Below the pieces are notes generated by a model. The model ran no database searches, was not told where the DNA came from, and saw only the letters and a program-made list of their open reading frames with translations. 64,000 nt of DNA, taken from the NCBI GenBank assembly GCA_017440585.1, contig JAFSGW010000017.1:17401-81400 (forward strand). Direction: 5' to 3'. Shown here piece by piece: positions 18,255-27,479 of the stretch (the first letter of the stretch is position 1; each line of letters begins with the position of its first letter). Source of the stretch: Clostridia bacterium (GTDB taxonomy: Bacteria; Bacillota; Clostridia; UMGS1883). Both the position numbers and the translations under genes were made by a program.

Positions 18255-19043
18255 ATGCTCAGAATTTCAGAGGCTAACATACGTTTTCAGCTTGATAATT
18301 TAAAAATAAAGGTTCTTGGAATAAGCTATGGTGTGTTTTACAAGCCTTTCCCGAAGCACAAACACGGAAACCGTTTTTATGAAGCACATCTTACCTGCGG
18401 AGGAAGCGGTATTCTTATTGCTGACGGAAAGGAGTACCCCTTAAAGGCAGGCACGCTTTATATGACGGGACCTCTGGTTGAGCATGAGCAGATTACAGAT
18501 GTTGAAGACCCCATGGACGAATACTGCATTCAGTTTGAGATTACGGAAAAGCCCGGTGTAAGGCAGGGCAAAACCGCAACCTTCCTGAAGGATACTGTGT
18601 TCTGGATTGGTGAGGATACACAGAATACAAAAAGGCTTTTTGAAATGCTTACCGAGGAGTGCGAAAACAAGAAGATAGGCTACATACAAAGCGTGATAAA
18701 CCTTTCCTGTCAGCTTATGGTGTGCTTTGCACGTAATTATGCAGGCAGTGACCAGGTTGGTGAGTATACGGCAATTACACCCGATGATAAACGTATGATA
18801 ATAACCGATGAAAGCTTTTTGTACAATTACGCCACTATAACACTGCCGCAACTGAGCAGCAGGCTTAACCTGAGCCCCAGGCAGACACAGCGCTTCCTTA
18901 AAAAGGCATACGGTAAGAGCTTTATAGAACTCAGAAGCGAAAGAAGAAAGGAAAAGGCGAAGGAATTTATCAAAAGTGGGAAAAGTGTGATTGAAGCGGC
19001 AACTATGGTCGGGTATACAAATGAAAAAAGCTTAAAGCTTTGA
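18255..19043 (+). CDS. AraC family transcriptional regulator (cupin sensor plus HTH)
   Basis: N-terminal cupin-like region, C-terminal AraC HTH (QTQRFLKKAYGKSFIELRSERRKEKAKEFIKSGKSVIEAATMVGYTNEKS). Confidence 0.75.
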   Translation: MLRISEANIRFQLDNLKIKVLGISYGVFYKPFPKHKHGNRFYEAHLTCGGSGILIADGKEYPLKAGTLYMTGPLVEHEQITDVEDPMDEYCIQFEITEKPGVRQGKTATFLKDTVFWIGEDTQNTKRLFEMLTEECENKKIGYIQSVINLSCQLMVCFARNYAGSDQVGEYTAITPDDKRMIITDESFLYNYATITLPQLSSRLNLSPRQTQRFLKKAYGKSFIELRSERRKEKAKEFIKSGKSVIEAATMVGYTNEKSLKL

Positions 19044-19065
19044 TAGCAAAAATGTCTATTGACTA

Positions 19066-19113
19066 ACACCCCATACTATGATAGAATTACTTATCATGGT
19101 GTGGGGTTGTTTT
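19066..19113 (+). terminator. Imperfect hairpin plus T-run after araC; the stem contains the GGGG Shine-Dalgarno of the next gene
   Basis: ACCCCATACTATGATAG...TTATCATGGTGTGGGGT stem about 16 bp with wobbles, followed by TGTTTTT and ATG 19115. Confidence 0.5.
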
Positions 19114-19114
19114 T

Positions 19115-19564
19115 ATGAAGAAAACTGAAAAATTTGATACAGTAATGCCGCTTATTAAAGAGCGGTTTGAAAAGGGAGAAAGCTTCGTATTTAAGCCCAA
19201 TGGAGTAAGCATGTTGCCATTTATAAAAGGTGGAGAAACATCGGTTGAAATTGAAAAATACGAAGGCGGAGCCGGGATGTTTGACATTGTGTTTTATGTG
19301 CGTGAGGATGGAAAACATGTAATGCACAGAATTGTAAAAATGTACAAAATTGCAAAAATGTACACAAATTCCTTCGGAGTGTGCGGTGATAACCAGTGGT
19401 GGATTGAAGAGGTTAAGGAAGAACAGATTTTTGCCATTGCAAGAAAGGTCTCGGGAAGAAGGCTTCCCGGCAGTTGGTTATACCTTCACACCTTGCCCTT
19501 AAGGCGGTTTGTAATTCATGTTATACAGTATTTAAAAAAGCATATGAGAGGAGAAAAGAAATGA
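19115..19564 (+). CDS. Standalone S24-like (LexA C-terminal-type Ser/Lys) peptidase domain protein
   Basis: GVSMLP (Ser motif), GGETSVEIEK, DIVFYVREDGKHVMHRIVKM (Lys motif); no HTH and no TM; stop overlaps the GH43 start (ATGA). Confidence 0.5.
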   Translation: MKKTEKFDTVMPLIKERFEKGESFVFKPNGVSMLPFIKGGETSVEIEKYEGGAGMFDIVFYVREDGKHVMHRIVKMYKIAKMYTNSFGVCGDNQWWIEEVKEEQIFAIARKVSGRRLPGSWLYLHTLPLRRFVIHVIQYLKKHMRGEKK

Positions 19565-21228
19565 AAAGAGTTTTAGCTTTTGTTATGGCATTTATGATGC
19601 TTTTTGCAATAAGTGTAAGTGCCAACAACCCCATCGTTAAAGAGGACGGTAACGGTAACCGTATTTATGCAGGTGACCCTGCGGCAATTGTTGTTGATGA
19701 TACTGTGTACCTTTTCTGCGGACACGACACATCTACAACAAATTCTTACTACATGCCCGAGTGGCTTTGCTATTCCTCAAAGGACATGATTAACTGGAAG
19801 TATGAAGGCGTGCCCATGAGAGCAAGTGACTTTTCCTGGGGCAGTGCTGCTGATGCCTGGGCAGGTGAGGTTGAATATTATAAGGGCAAGTATTATTTCT
19901 TTATGTGCAAAAACTCCACAGGTATTTCTGTAGGCGTGAGCGACAATATAACCGGGCCTTATAAGGATCACCTGAACGGCGTGAAGCTTGTTCAGCCCGG
20001 CTGGACACGTGGTAAGGTGGGTTGGGACGACATTGACCCTACCGTATGGATTGAGAACGATGAAAAGGGCGTTGAGCACCGCTATATAGCATGGGGCAAC
20101 TCAAACCTTTATATCGCTGAGCTTACTGAGGACATGAAGAGCCTTGTTGACCTTAACGGCGATGGTGCGGTTAACGGTGGCGATATTACTGAAATACATA
20201 TTCAGGACATGCCCAATACAACAGCCTTTACAGAGGCTCCCTGGTTTTATAAAAGAGGGGATTTGTACTATATTTTCTTTGCTAACAGCTGGCACGAAGA
20301 GCTTTCCTATGCCACAAGCAAAAGTGTAACTGGTCCCTATACATACGGCGGAAAGATTATGGAGGCAGGTGCATCCAGTAACACAAACCATCCTTCCGTA
20401 ATTGATTTTAAGGGCAAGACATATATTTTCTATCACACAGGTGCAATGGAAAACGGCAGTGGCTACAGAAGAAGTATTTGCGTTGAAGAGCTTAAGTTCA
20501 ATGATGACGGTTCGATAGACCTCTTCTACGAGAGCAGTGTTGGTCTTGACGGAACAAAGGTTTTTATTTCACCCGTGAGCGACCCTTCAAAGAAAATTTA
20601 TCACGGCTATTTTTCAAACACAATCGAGCCTACTGCATACCCTGCAGGAAGTCTTGTTTTCTGTGATGACTTTACTGTAAATAAAGCTGACTTTGAATGG
20701 GAAATTATTCCCGGCAGAGGAAATGAGGAATATGTTTCCATTCAGGCGGTAAACAAGATGGGCTATTTTATCACAAACTATAATTCCCACGTTAAGGTTC
20801 TGCACGATAACGATGCAACAAGAGAGACTGCACAGAGCATGACCTTTATTGAACGTGATGGCTTGTGCGGTGAAGGTGTGAGCTATGAGAGCATGACGGA
20901 AAAGGGCATGTTTCTTACGGTTGTGGGCAACAGAGTGCAGCTCACCTCAGGTCACGATAAGGAAGCTTCAAGCTTTATTATAACAGAGGTAAATAACCCC
21001 GATAAGCTTACAGTAAGTGCAGACGGGGACGGTATACACCTTAAGGGCACATATACCGGTGATAAGAGAAACGTGCTTTTGTATGTTAAAAATGAAGAAG
21101 GCACAATTGTTGATTTTAAGATTGTAAGAATAAATGAGTCGAGAATGCTTGACTACACCTTCGAGCCTGAAAAGGGCGGAGTATATACTGTTGTATTCGG
21201 CACTTTCAGTGAAAATGTTGAGTTTTAA
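19561..21228 (+). CDS. Secreted GH43 family glycoside hydrolase (arabinofuranosidase/xylosidase type) with C-terminal AbfB/CBM42-like arabinose-binding domain
   Basis: Signal peptide MKRVLAFVMAFMMLFAISVSA; GH43 signatures (IYAGDPAAIVVDDTVYLFCGHD, EAPWFYKRGDLYYIFFA); C-terminal region with beta-trefoil-like repeats (YFITNYNSHVKVL, GMFLTVVGNRVQL). Confidence 0.8.
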   Translation: MKRVLAFVMAFMMLFAISVSANNPIVKEDGNGNRIYAGDPAAIVVDDTVYLFCGHDTSTTNSYYMPEWLCYSSKDMINWKYEGVPMRASDFSWGSAADAWAGEVEYYKGKYYFFMCKNSTGISVGVSDNITGPYKDHLNGVKLVQPGWTRGKVGWDDIDPTVWIENDEKGVEHRYIAWGNSNLYIAELTEDMKSLVDLNGDGAVNGGDITEIHIQDMPNTTAFTEAPWFYKRGDLYYIFFANSWHEELSYATSKSVTGPYTYGGKIMEAGASSNTNHPSVIDFKGKTYIFYHTGAMENGSGYRRSICVEELKFNDDGSIDLFYESSVGLDGTKVFISPVSDPSKKIYHGYFSNTIEPTAYPAGSLVFCDDFTVNKADFEWEIIPGRGNEEYVSIQAVNKMGYFITNYNSHVKVLHDNDATRETAQSMTFIERDGLCGEGVSYESMTEKGMFLTVVGNRVQLTSGHDKEASSFIITEVNNPDKLTVSADGDGIHLKGTYTGDKRNVLLYVKNEEGTIVDFKIVRINESRMLDYTFEPEKGGVYTVVFGTFSENVEF

Positions 21229-21240
21229 GGAGGGGATAAC

Positions 21241-23229
21241 ATGAAAAAATATATTGGTTTAATTTTAGCTTTAGTATGTGTTTTGTGCTTATCTCTTCAT
21301 GCGATAGCAGCAGAAACACTTTACTACACCTTTGACGGCAGTGACAGCCTTACATCTGTTACAAACACCCTTAAAGCAGGTGCAAATGCGGCAATCGGAG
21401 ACGGAGTTCTTAAGCTTAACGGAACTTACGGCTTAAAGCTCGGCTCAGTGGGAAGCAGCTTTTCTGTTTCTGCAATGGTGAAAATAGATTCAAACGGCGG
21501 AACGGACACTATTTTCTTCAAGGATATGGACAATAAGGGCGATAAATGGACAGGCGTTTTGTCCAATGCTAAGAAACCCTCCTTCTGGACACATGGCACA
21601 AGCCACAGATGGGAAACCGTTGCCTCGGGAACAGAAAATTTAGGCGAATGGAGCCATATTGCATATGTTGAAAATAATAGCACGGGCTCACTTTATGTGA
21701 ATGGTGAGCTTGTTGGAAGCGGAAGCGTTGAAAGTGGTGCAGGCACCCTTTACCTTGGTGCAACCTACTGGAGTGCCGATGCACCCTCGGGTATGGTTGA
21801 CAATGTAAAGCTTTTTAATAACGCCCTTACCGCAGGCGAGGTTATGTCGGAATACGAAAGCAATATTGACTTTGAAAGTGCTTTAAAGCTTCCCCGGGAT
21901 GTTATTTCCGATATTGAGCTTGTAAAGAAGGTCGGAACAAAGGTTGTTACCTGGGCAAGCAGTAACGAAGCTGTCATTGATAGAGAAGGTAAGGTAACAC
22001 GTGCCGATGAGGACGTTACTGTTACACTTACTGCCACAGTTGACGGTGAGGTTGTGGGTGAGTTTGAAGTAACGGTGCTTAAAAAGCCCGGTAAGGCAAA
22101 TGATGATGTAATTCTTTCCTATGTGTTTGACTTGGAAAATGATGGCGATATTATCCACGATATGTCCGGTAACGGAAACCACGGTGCGGCATATAACGGT
22201 CTTGAAATTACAAAGGATGGTGCACACTTTGACGGTAGCGACGACTATGTGAAATTAGTTGACGGTATTCTTTACGGGCATGATGAAATTACAATATGCA
22301 CAACCTTTAAGCCCACCGCAGCACAGAAGCATGTGTTCTTATACGGCTTTGGCAACGGTACAGAAACAGGCTATATGTTCCTTAACCCCTCAAGACCTAC
22401 AACAAACACCCTTCGTTTTGCAATGACGAAAACAAATGCAGGGAACGAAAGCTCACTTGTTTCTCTGCCCGGCATCCGTATTAACGAAGAGGTGAACGTG
22501 ACTGTAGTCATAGTGGACAAATATGCCTCTATGTATGTTGATGGTGAATTGGTTATGGATGGCGACCTGGGTATGACAGTAAGTGCCCTTGGCGAAACTA
22601 AGGAAAACTACATTGGTAAATCTCTTTATGAGGCTGATCCTTATTTTGCAGGTTACATGAAGGAGTTTACTGTGTATAACTATGCTATGCGCGAAAGCAG
22701 GATAAAGGAGCTTTACGGAAAGAGCGTTGAATATGCTGAAAGTGATGAAGTGAAAGAGTATATACAGAGCGTTTCCTTTGAGAACGGAATAGAGGTTACG
22801 GTTGATACTTTCAACCGCAATGATGTAAAAATTGGTGTTGTTGTGCTTGATGAGAATTATGAAGTTATTGAATTCAGCGTAAATGATGCCGAAGACGAAA
22901 TTGCAGTTACAAAGGATGGTACAGTTTGTGTATTTGCCTTTGATGAAGAAACAAACACACCCGGAAGCATATTTGTGAAGGGTGAGGGTGAAGGCTTTAC
23001 CTACGAGCATACCCCCGGAGTGGTTAAAATTACAGCAGAAAGCACCCTTAAAGGCGGTATTGCCATAGTTGCAGGCTATGACACCACAGGAGCATTAACA
23101 GGTGTTGTGTGCAAGGCTGTTGACCTTACAGAAGGTGTTGGTGAAGCATTTGAAGGCGATTTTGAAAACGCCGTTATGTTCAAAATGTTCTACTGGGGCA
23201 ACCTTGTTGCCATGATTCCTATGGAATAA
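21241..23229 (+). CDS. Secreted protein with two concanavalin A-like/LamG (Laminin_G_3) lectin domains
   Basis: Signal peptide MKKYIGLILALVCVLCLSLHAIA; LamG-type motifs LYLGATYWSADAPSGMVDNVKLFNNALTAGEV and NYIGKSLYEADPYFAGYMKEFTVYNYAMRESRIKELYG. Confidence 0.7.
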   Translation: MKKYIGLILALVCVLCLSLHAIAAETLYYTFDGSDSLTSVTNTLKAGANAAIGDGVLKLNGTYGLKLGSVGSSFSVSAMVKIDSNGGTDTIFFKDMDNKGDKWTGVLSNAKKPSFWTHGTSHRWETVASGTENLGEWSHIAYVENNSTGSLYVNGELVGSGSVESGAGTLYLGATYWSADAPSGMVDNVKLFNNALTAGEVMSEYESNIDFESALKLPRDVISDIELVKKVGTKVVTWASSNEAVIDREGKVTRADEDVTVTLTATVDGEVVGEFEVTVLKKPGKANDDVILSYVFDLENDGDIIHDMSGNGNHGAAYNGLEITKDGAHFDGSDDYVKLVDGILYGHDEITICTTFKPTAAQKHVFLYGFGNGTETGYMFLNPSRPTTNTLRFAMTKTNAGNESSLVSLPGIRINEEVNVTVVIVDKYASMYVDGELVMDGDLGMTVSALGETKENYIGKSLYEADPYFAGYMKEFTVYNYAMRESRIKELYGKSVEYAESDEVKEYIQSVSFENGIEVTVDTFNRNDVKIGVVVLDENYEVIEFSVNDAEDEIAVTKDGTVCVFAFDEETNTPGSIFVKGEGEGFTYEHTPGVVKITAESTLKGGIAIVAGYDTTGALTGVVCKAVDLTEGVGEAFEGDFENAVMFKMFYWGNLVAMIPME

Positions 23230-23243
23230 AGAGGGTGTAATAA

Positions 23244-23660
23244 TTGATACTTTTGGTTTTATTGGGTATAGGTTTTATAATTTTCGGACTTTTCTATTTT
23301 GACGATTCCGGTCTTTTCGGCTTTGGTCGCAGAAAATGGTACGAAGCAGAGCTTATAGACGAGGTTGAAGATGAGGTGTACGACAACATAGGCGGTACGA
23401 AAACAAGATTTTTCAAGGCTTATGAGTTTGAAGAGGATGGCGAAAAGAAGGTTGTACGCTCACAGAGACCTCTTAAGAGAATTACCAACAAGGTTGGCAG
23501 AAAAACAAAAATCCTTGTGGACTCAAAAAGCCGTAAGGCAATGGATAAGCAGGATGTAATACTGTATCGCACCATTGCAGCAATTTTCGTTGCAGTCGGT
23601 ATTTTACTAATTGCAGGTGTAGTGTATATTAAGCTTAACGTAAAGGGAGCTGTTCTCTGA
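23244..23660 (+). CDS. Small membrane protein with N- and C-terminal TM helices (DUF3592-like)
   Basis: MILLVLLGIGFIIFGLFYF... and AIFVAVGILLIAGVVYI; charged soluble core; 1-nt stop/start overlap with the sirtuin gene. Confidence 0.45.
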   Translation: MILLVLLGIGFIIFGLFYFDDSGLFGFGRRKWYEAELIDEVEDEVYDNIGGTKTRFFKAYEFEEDGEKKVVRSQRPLKRITNKVGRKTKILVDSKSRKAMDKQDVILYRTIAAIFVAVGILLIAGVVYIKLNVKGAVL

Positions 23661-24376
23661 TGGACAAAATCCGGAAGCTTCAGGACATGATAAATAAAAG
23701 TGAACGTATTGTGTTTTTTGGCGGTGCAGGCGTTTCAACAGAATCGGGCATTCCCGATTTCAGAAGTGTTGACGGACTGTATAATCAAAAATACGAATTT
23801 CCCCCTGAGGAAATTATAAGCCACAGCTTTTATAAAAGTAACCCTGAGGAATTTTACCGTTTTTATAAGGACAGAATGATATTTCCTTTGGCTGTGCCCA
23901 ACAAAGCACACGAGTACCTTGCAAGGCTTGAAAAAACGGGGAAATTAAAGGCTGTTATCACACAGAATATTGATTCTCTGCACACGATGGCAGGCTGTGA
24001 AAATGTGCTTGAGCTTCACGGCTCGGTAATGCGGAATTACTGTGAAAAATGCGGTAAGTTCTATGACCTTGACTATGTTATGGCAACAGAGGGAGTGCCC
24101 ATGTGTGAATGTGGTGGAAGGGTAAAGCCCGATGTGGTTCTGTATGAGGAACAGCTTGACGGCAAAATACTCAAAGATGCGGTAAATGCGATAGAAAGTG
24201 CCGATATGCTTATAATAGGAGGCACAAGCCTGATTGTTTACCCTGCTGCAGGACTTATAAGGCATTTTTTCGGAGACCATCTTGTGATTATAAATAAAAG
24301 CGAAACCACTGCTGATAACTGGGCTGACCTGGTTATACACGAACCAATTGGCGAGGTTTTCGGACAGTTAAAATAA
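23660..24376 (+). CDS. NAD-dependent protein deacylase (Sir2 family, class-U-like sirtuin)
   Basis: FFGGAGVSTESGIPDFRS, catalytic His in LELHGS, Zn ribbon CEKCGK...CECGG; 238 aa. Confidence 0.85.
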   Translation: MDKIRKLQDMINKSERIVFFGGAGVSTESGIPDFRSVDGLYNQKYEFPPEEIISHSFYKSNPEEFYRFYKDRMIFPLAVPNKAHEYLARLEKTGKLKAVITQNIDSLHTMAGCENVLELHGSVMRNYCEKCGKFYDLDYVMATEGVPMCECGGRVKPDVVLYEEQLDGKILKDAVNAIESADMLIIGGTSLIVYPAAGLIRHFFGDHLVIINKSETTADNWADLVIHEPIGEVFGQLK

Positions 24377-24387
24377 GGAGAAAAAAT

Positions 24388-24717
24388 ATGGCAAAGTATG
24401 AGACCACCTTAACGGGCGATTTTCATGAGATATTGCACAGAATAGAGGATGGAATTATTCACGGAAGTGCATCGGCTACACTGGAGGACTGGAGCAATTT
24501 TGAGCTTGATGGTGTAAGGTGCAGTGTAAGGGTTTTTGAACGCTACAGCTATACGGGAGGAAACCGGGTAAGTATGAATGTGACATTGTTTGGAACGGGG
24601 AATACAGTTCACATTTCGGCAATTACTTCAGGCGGAAGCCAGGCTATGTTTTTCAAAATCAATACATTCGGTGAAGAAGCATTTTTAGAGAAAATAATAG
24701 AAATACTTGAAAGATAA
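24388..24717 (+). CDS. Hypothetical protein (109 aa), third gene of the sirtuin operon
   Basis: AGGAG RBS 8 nt upstream; no recognisable motif; followed by a strong terminator. Confidence 0.4.
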   Translation: MAKYETTLTGDFHEILHRIEDGIIHGSASATLEDWSNFELDGVRCSVRVFERYSYTGGNRVSMNVTLFGTGNTVHISAITSGGSQAMFFKINTFGEEAFLEKIIEILER

Positions 24718-24721
24718 TGAG

Positions 24722-24757
24722 TAAAAGCGTGAGAATTTCAAAATTCTCACGCTTTTT
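24722..24757 (+). terminator. Rho-independent terminator
   Basis: AAAAGCGTGAGAATTTTC / GAAAATTCTCACGCTTTTT long perfect stem. Confidence 0.85.
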
Positions 24758-24760
24758 AGT

Positions 24761-24789
24761 TGAAATTTGCAAATTTTAGTAGTATAATA
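24761..24789 (+). promoter_or_regulatory. Sigma-A type promoter (TTGAAA-17-TATAAT) for the Rrf2-cysK-nifSU-nadA operon
   Basis: Near-consensus hexamers about 30 nt upstream of the Rrf2 start. Confidence 0.5.
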
Positions 24790-24820
24790 TAATAGCGATA
24801 ATTTGGAGGGAGGGGTAAAA

Positions 24821-25252
24821 ATGAAAATAACATCCCGTGGAAGATATGCACTAAAGGTTATGATTGATATTGCAGAGCAGAAAAGCGATGATTATATAAA
24901 GCTTAATGATATTGCACAGCGTCAGAGTATTTCGGAAAAATACCTTGAAAGCATTATTGCATCCCTCACAAAGGCAGGTTTACTTATCGGTGTAAGAGGT
25001 AAGGGCGGTGGCTACAAGCTTAGCAAAAAGCCCGAGGAATATACCGTCGGAAGCATCCTTAAAATTACAGAGGGCTCACTTACACCCGTGAGCTGTATGG
25101 ACTGTAAGCCTAACACCTGCGTTTCTGTTGAAAGCTGTAAAACACTTCCTTTATGGGAGGGGCTCGACAAGGTGATTGACAATTATCTTGAAAGCGTTAC
25201 CGTGGCAGATCTGGCTTTTGGCAAAAATAAGGGCGATAATTACGTTATTTAG
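24821..25252 (+). CDS. Rrf2 family transcriptional regulator (CymR/IscR-like)
   Basis: MKITSRGRYALKVMIDIAEQ...; HTH plus conserved Cys-containing C-terminal region; start at internal ATG with RBS GGAGGGAGGGG. Confidence 0.8.
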   Translation: MKITSRGRYALKVMIDIAEQKSDDYIKLNDIAQRQSISEKYLESIIASLTKAGLLIGVRGKGGGYKLSKKPEEYTVGSILKITEGSLTPVSCMDCKPNTCVSVESCKTLPLWEGLDKVIDNYLESVTVADLAFGKNKGDNYVI

Positions 25253-25264
25253 TTAAAACTCCTT

Positions 25265-25300
25265 TAAACCTATTGACAAAGTAGGTTTTATACAATATAA
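25265..25300 (+). promoter_or_regulatory. cysK promoter (TTGACA-17-TATAAT) embedded in inverted repeat AAACCTA-N9-TAGGTTT
   Basis: Consensus hexamers; 7-bp perfect arms flanking the -35. Confidence 0.45.
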
Positions 25301-25338
25301 TTCATTTAAAGAGAATATATTGTAAGGAGAAATGGGTT

Positions 25339-26265
25339 ATGATATATAAATCTGTTGATAAAATAATCGGCAAAACACCGATTTTAGAGCTTGTAAATAT
25401 AGAAAAAGAGTTTGGGCTTAAAGCAAGGCTTTTTGCCAAGCTTGAGTACTTTAACCCCTGCGGCAGCGTGAAAGACAGAGTTGCAAAAGCAATGCTTGAC
25501 GATGCCGAGGCAAAAGGGCTTATAAAAAAGGGCTCTGTAATTATCGAACCTACAAGCGGTAACACGGGTATAGGTCTTGCGGCCGTCGGTACTGCACGGG
25601 GCTACAGAGTTATAATAGTTATGCCCGACACAATGAGCATGGAAAGACGAACCCTTATGACAGCCTACGGTGCAGAGCTTGTTCTGACCGACGGAAGGCT
25701 TGGTATGAGCGGTGCTATTAAAAGGGCTGAGGAGCTCTCGCGGGAAATTGAAGGAAGCTACATTCCCGGTCAGTTTGAAAATAAAGCAAACAGTAAGGCA
25801 CATTTTGACACCACAGGACCTGAAATATACGATGACATGGAAGGTAAGGTCGACGTTTTCGTGGCAGGCGTAGGCACAGGCGGTACAATAACGGGCGTTG
25901 GCGAATATTTGAAGAACAAAAACGATAAGGTTAAAATTGTTGCCGTTGAGCCAAAGAGTAGCGCTGTGCTCTCAGGCGGTGAGCCGTCAGGGCATAAAAT
26001 ACAGGGTATAGGTGCAGGCTTTATACCGGAGGTTTTGAACCAAAATATAATTGACGAAATTATCCCCGTAAGTGATGAAAATGCATTCAGATGGGGAAGA
26101 ATAATCGGGAACAGAACGGGCGTTCTTGCGGGCATATCCTCAGGTGCGGCACTTTGTGCGGCAATAGAGGTGGCAAAACGTGATGAGAGTAAAGGATTAA
26201 ATATAGTTGTACTTTTCCCGGATACAGGCGACAGATATCTGTCAACACAGCTGTTTTCGGACTAA
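25339..26265 (+). CDS. cysK: Cysteine synthase A (O-acetylserine sulfhydrylase)
   Basis: PLP-lysine motif region, SGNTGIGLA, GTGGT loop; 308 aa. Confidence 0.9.
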   Translation: MIYKSVDKIIGKTPILELVNIEKEFGLKARLFAKLEYFNPCGSVKDRVAKAMLDDAEAKGLIKKGSVIIEPTSGNTGIGLAAVGTARGYRVIIVMPDTMSMERRTLMTAYGAELVLTDGRLGMSGAIKRAEELSREIEGSYIPGQFENKANSKAHFDTTGPEIYDDMEGKVDVFVAGVGTGGTITGVGEYLKNKNDKVKIVAVEPKSSAVLSGGEPSGHKIQGIGAGFIPEVLNQNIIDEIIPVSDENAFRWGRIIGNRTGVLAGISSGAALCAAIEVAKRDESKGLNIVVLFPDTGDRYLSTQLFSD

Positions 26266-26288
26266 GGATAGTGAAAGAAGGATAAATT

Positions 26289-27479
26289 ATGAGAGTATAT
26301 GCAGACAATGCCGCAACAACTCGTATGAGTGATGTGGCAATAAAGGCGATGCTGCCTTACATGAGCGAGGTTTACGGCAACCCCTCAAGCCTTCACTCAG
26401 TAGGTCAGGAGGCGAAGGAGCACCTTGACGAGGCAAGAAAAATTATGGCTGAAAACCTCGGCTGTGAGCCCTTTGAAATTATTTTCACATCGGGCGGCAG
26501 TGAGGCAGACAACCAGGCAATTGTTTCTGCAGCAGCAATCGGTGCAAGAAAGAACAAGAAGCACATTATTTCCACAGCCTTTGAGCATCATGCAGTGCTT
26601 CACACATTAAAAAAGCTTGAAAGACAGGGCTATGAAATTGAGCTTTTAGATGTTCACGAAAACGGCATGGTTACAGCCGAGCAGGTTAAGGATGCTATCC
26701 GTGAGGATACGTGCCTTGTTACAATAATGTATGCAAATAACGAAATCGGCTCTGTAATGCCCATTGAGGAGATTGGCGCTGTATGCAAAGAAAAGGGTGT
26801 TCTTTTCCATACAGATGCTGTGCAGGCGGCAGGACACATAAAAATTAACGTAAAAGAGCAGAATATTGACATGCTTTCTCTTTCTGCGCATAAATTCCAC
26901 GGTCCCAAGGGTATTGGTGCTCTTTATGTGAGACGGGGCATTATGCTTACAAACATAATTGAAGGCGGTGCTCAGGAAAGAGGCAAGAGAGCAGGTACTG
27001 AAAACATTCCTGCAATTATGGGTATGGCGGCAGCATTTGCCGATGCATGCAGTAAGATTGATGAGCACACAGAAAAGGTTCAGAAAATGCGTGACAGGCT
27101 CATTGAAGGTCTTTCCGGGGTGCCTCATTCAGTTTTAAACGGTGATAAGGAACATCGCCTTGCAGGTAATGTACACTTCTGCTTTGAGGGCATCGAGGGC
27201 GAAGCACTTCTTCTGCTTCTTGATATGCACGGTGTATGTGCATCCTCAGGCTCTGCTTGCACATCGGGCTCACTTGACCCCAGCCATGTGCTTATGGCAA
27301 TAGGCAGACCTCACGATATTGCTCACGGCTCGTTAAGGCTTTCTCTTTCTGCTGAAAACACAGAGGAAGAAATTGACCATATATTGACTGTTGTGCCCAA
27401 GGTGGTAGAACAGCTGAGAAACATGTCACCCGTATGGCGTGATTTACAGGAAGGAAGAAGAGAATATGTTATACAGTAA
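26289..27479 (+). CDS. nifS: Cysteine desulfurase (NifS/IscS type)
   Basis: Class V aminotransferase; SLSAHKFHGPKG PLP-lysine motif; active-site Cys loop SSGSAC. Confidence 0.9.
   Translation: MRVYADNAATTRMSDVAIKAMLPYMSEVYGNPSSLHSVGQEAKEHLDEARKIMAENLGCEPFEIIFTSGGSEADNQAIVSAAAIGARKNKKHIISTAFEHHAVLHTLKKLERQGYEIELLDVHENGMVTAEQVKDAIREDTCLVTIMYANNEIGSVMPIEEIGAVCKEKGVLFHTDAVQAAGHIKINVKEQNIDMLSLSAHKFHGPKGIGALYVRRGIMLTNIIEGGAQERGKRAGTENIPAIMGMAAAFADACSKIDEHTEKVQKMRDRLIEGLSGVPHSVLNGDKEHRLAGNVHFCFEGIEGEALLLLLDMHGVCASSGSACTSGSLDPSHVLMAIGRPHDIAHGSLRLSLSAENTEEEIDHILTVVPKVVEQLRNMSPVWRDLQEGRREYVIQ

Noticed and set aside
20150-20225. DLNGDGAVNGGD segment in GH43 resembling a dockerin calcium-binding repeat
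   Set aside because: It is a single copy located inside the five-bladed propeller domain, not a C-terminal duplicated dockerin, so it is more likely a Ca-binding loop.
23660-24376. Sir2 gene as an anti-phage NADase (Thoeris/DSR-like)
   Set aside because: It retains the 4-Cys zinc ribbon and the catalytic His of bona fide deacylases and is only 238 aa. The neighbours are not known defence partners.
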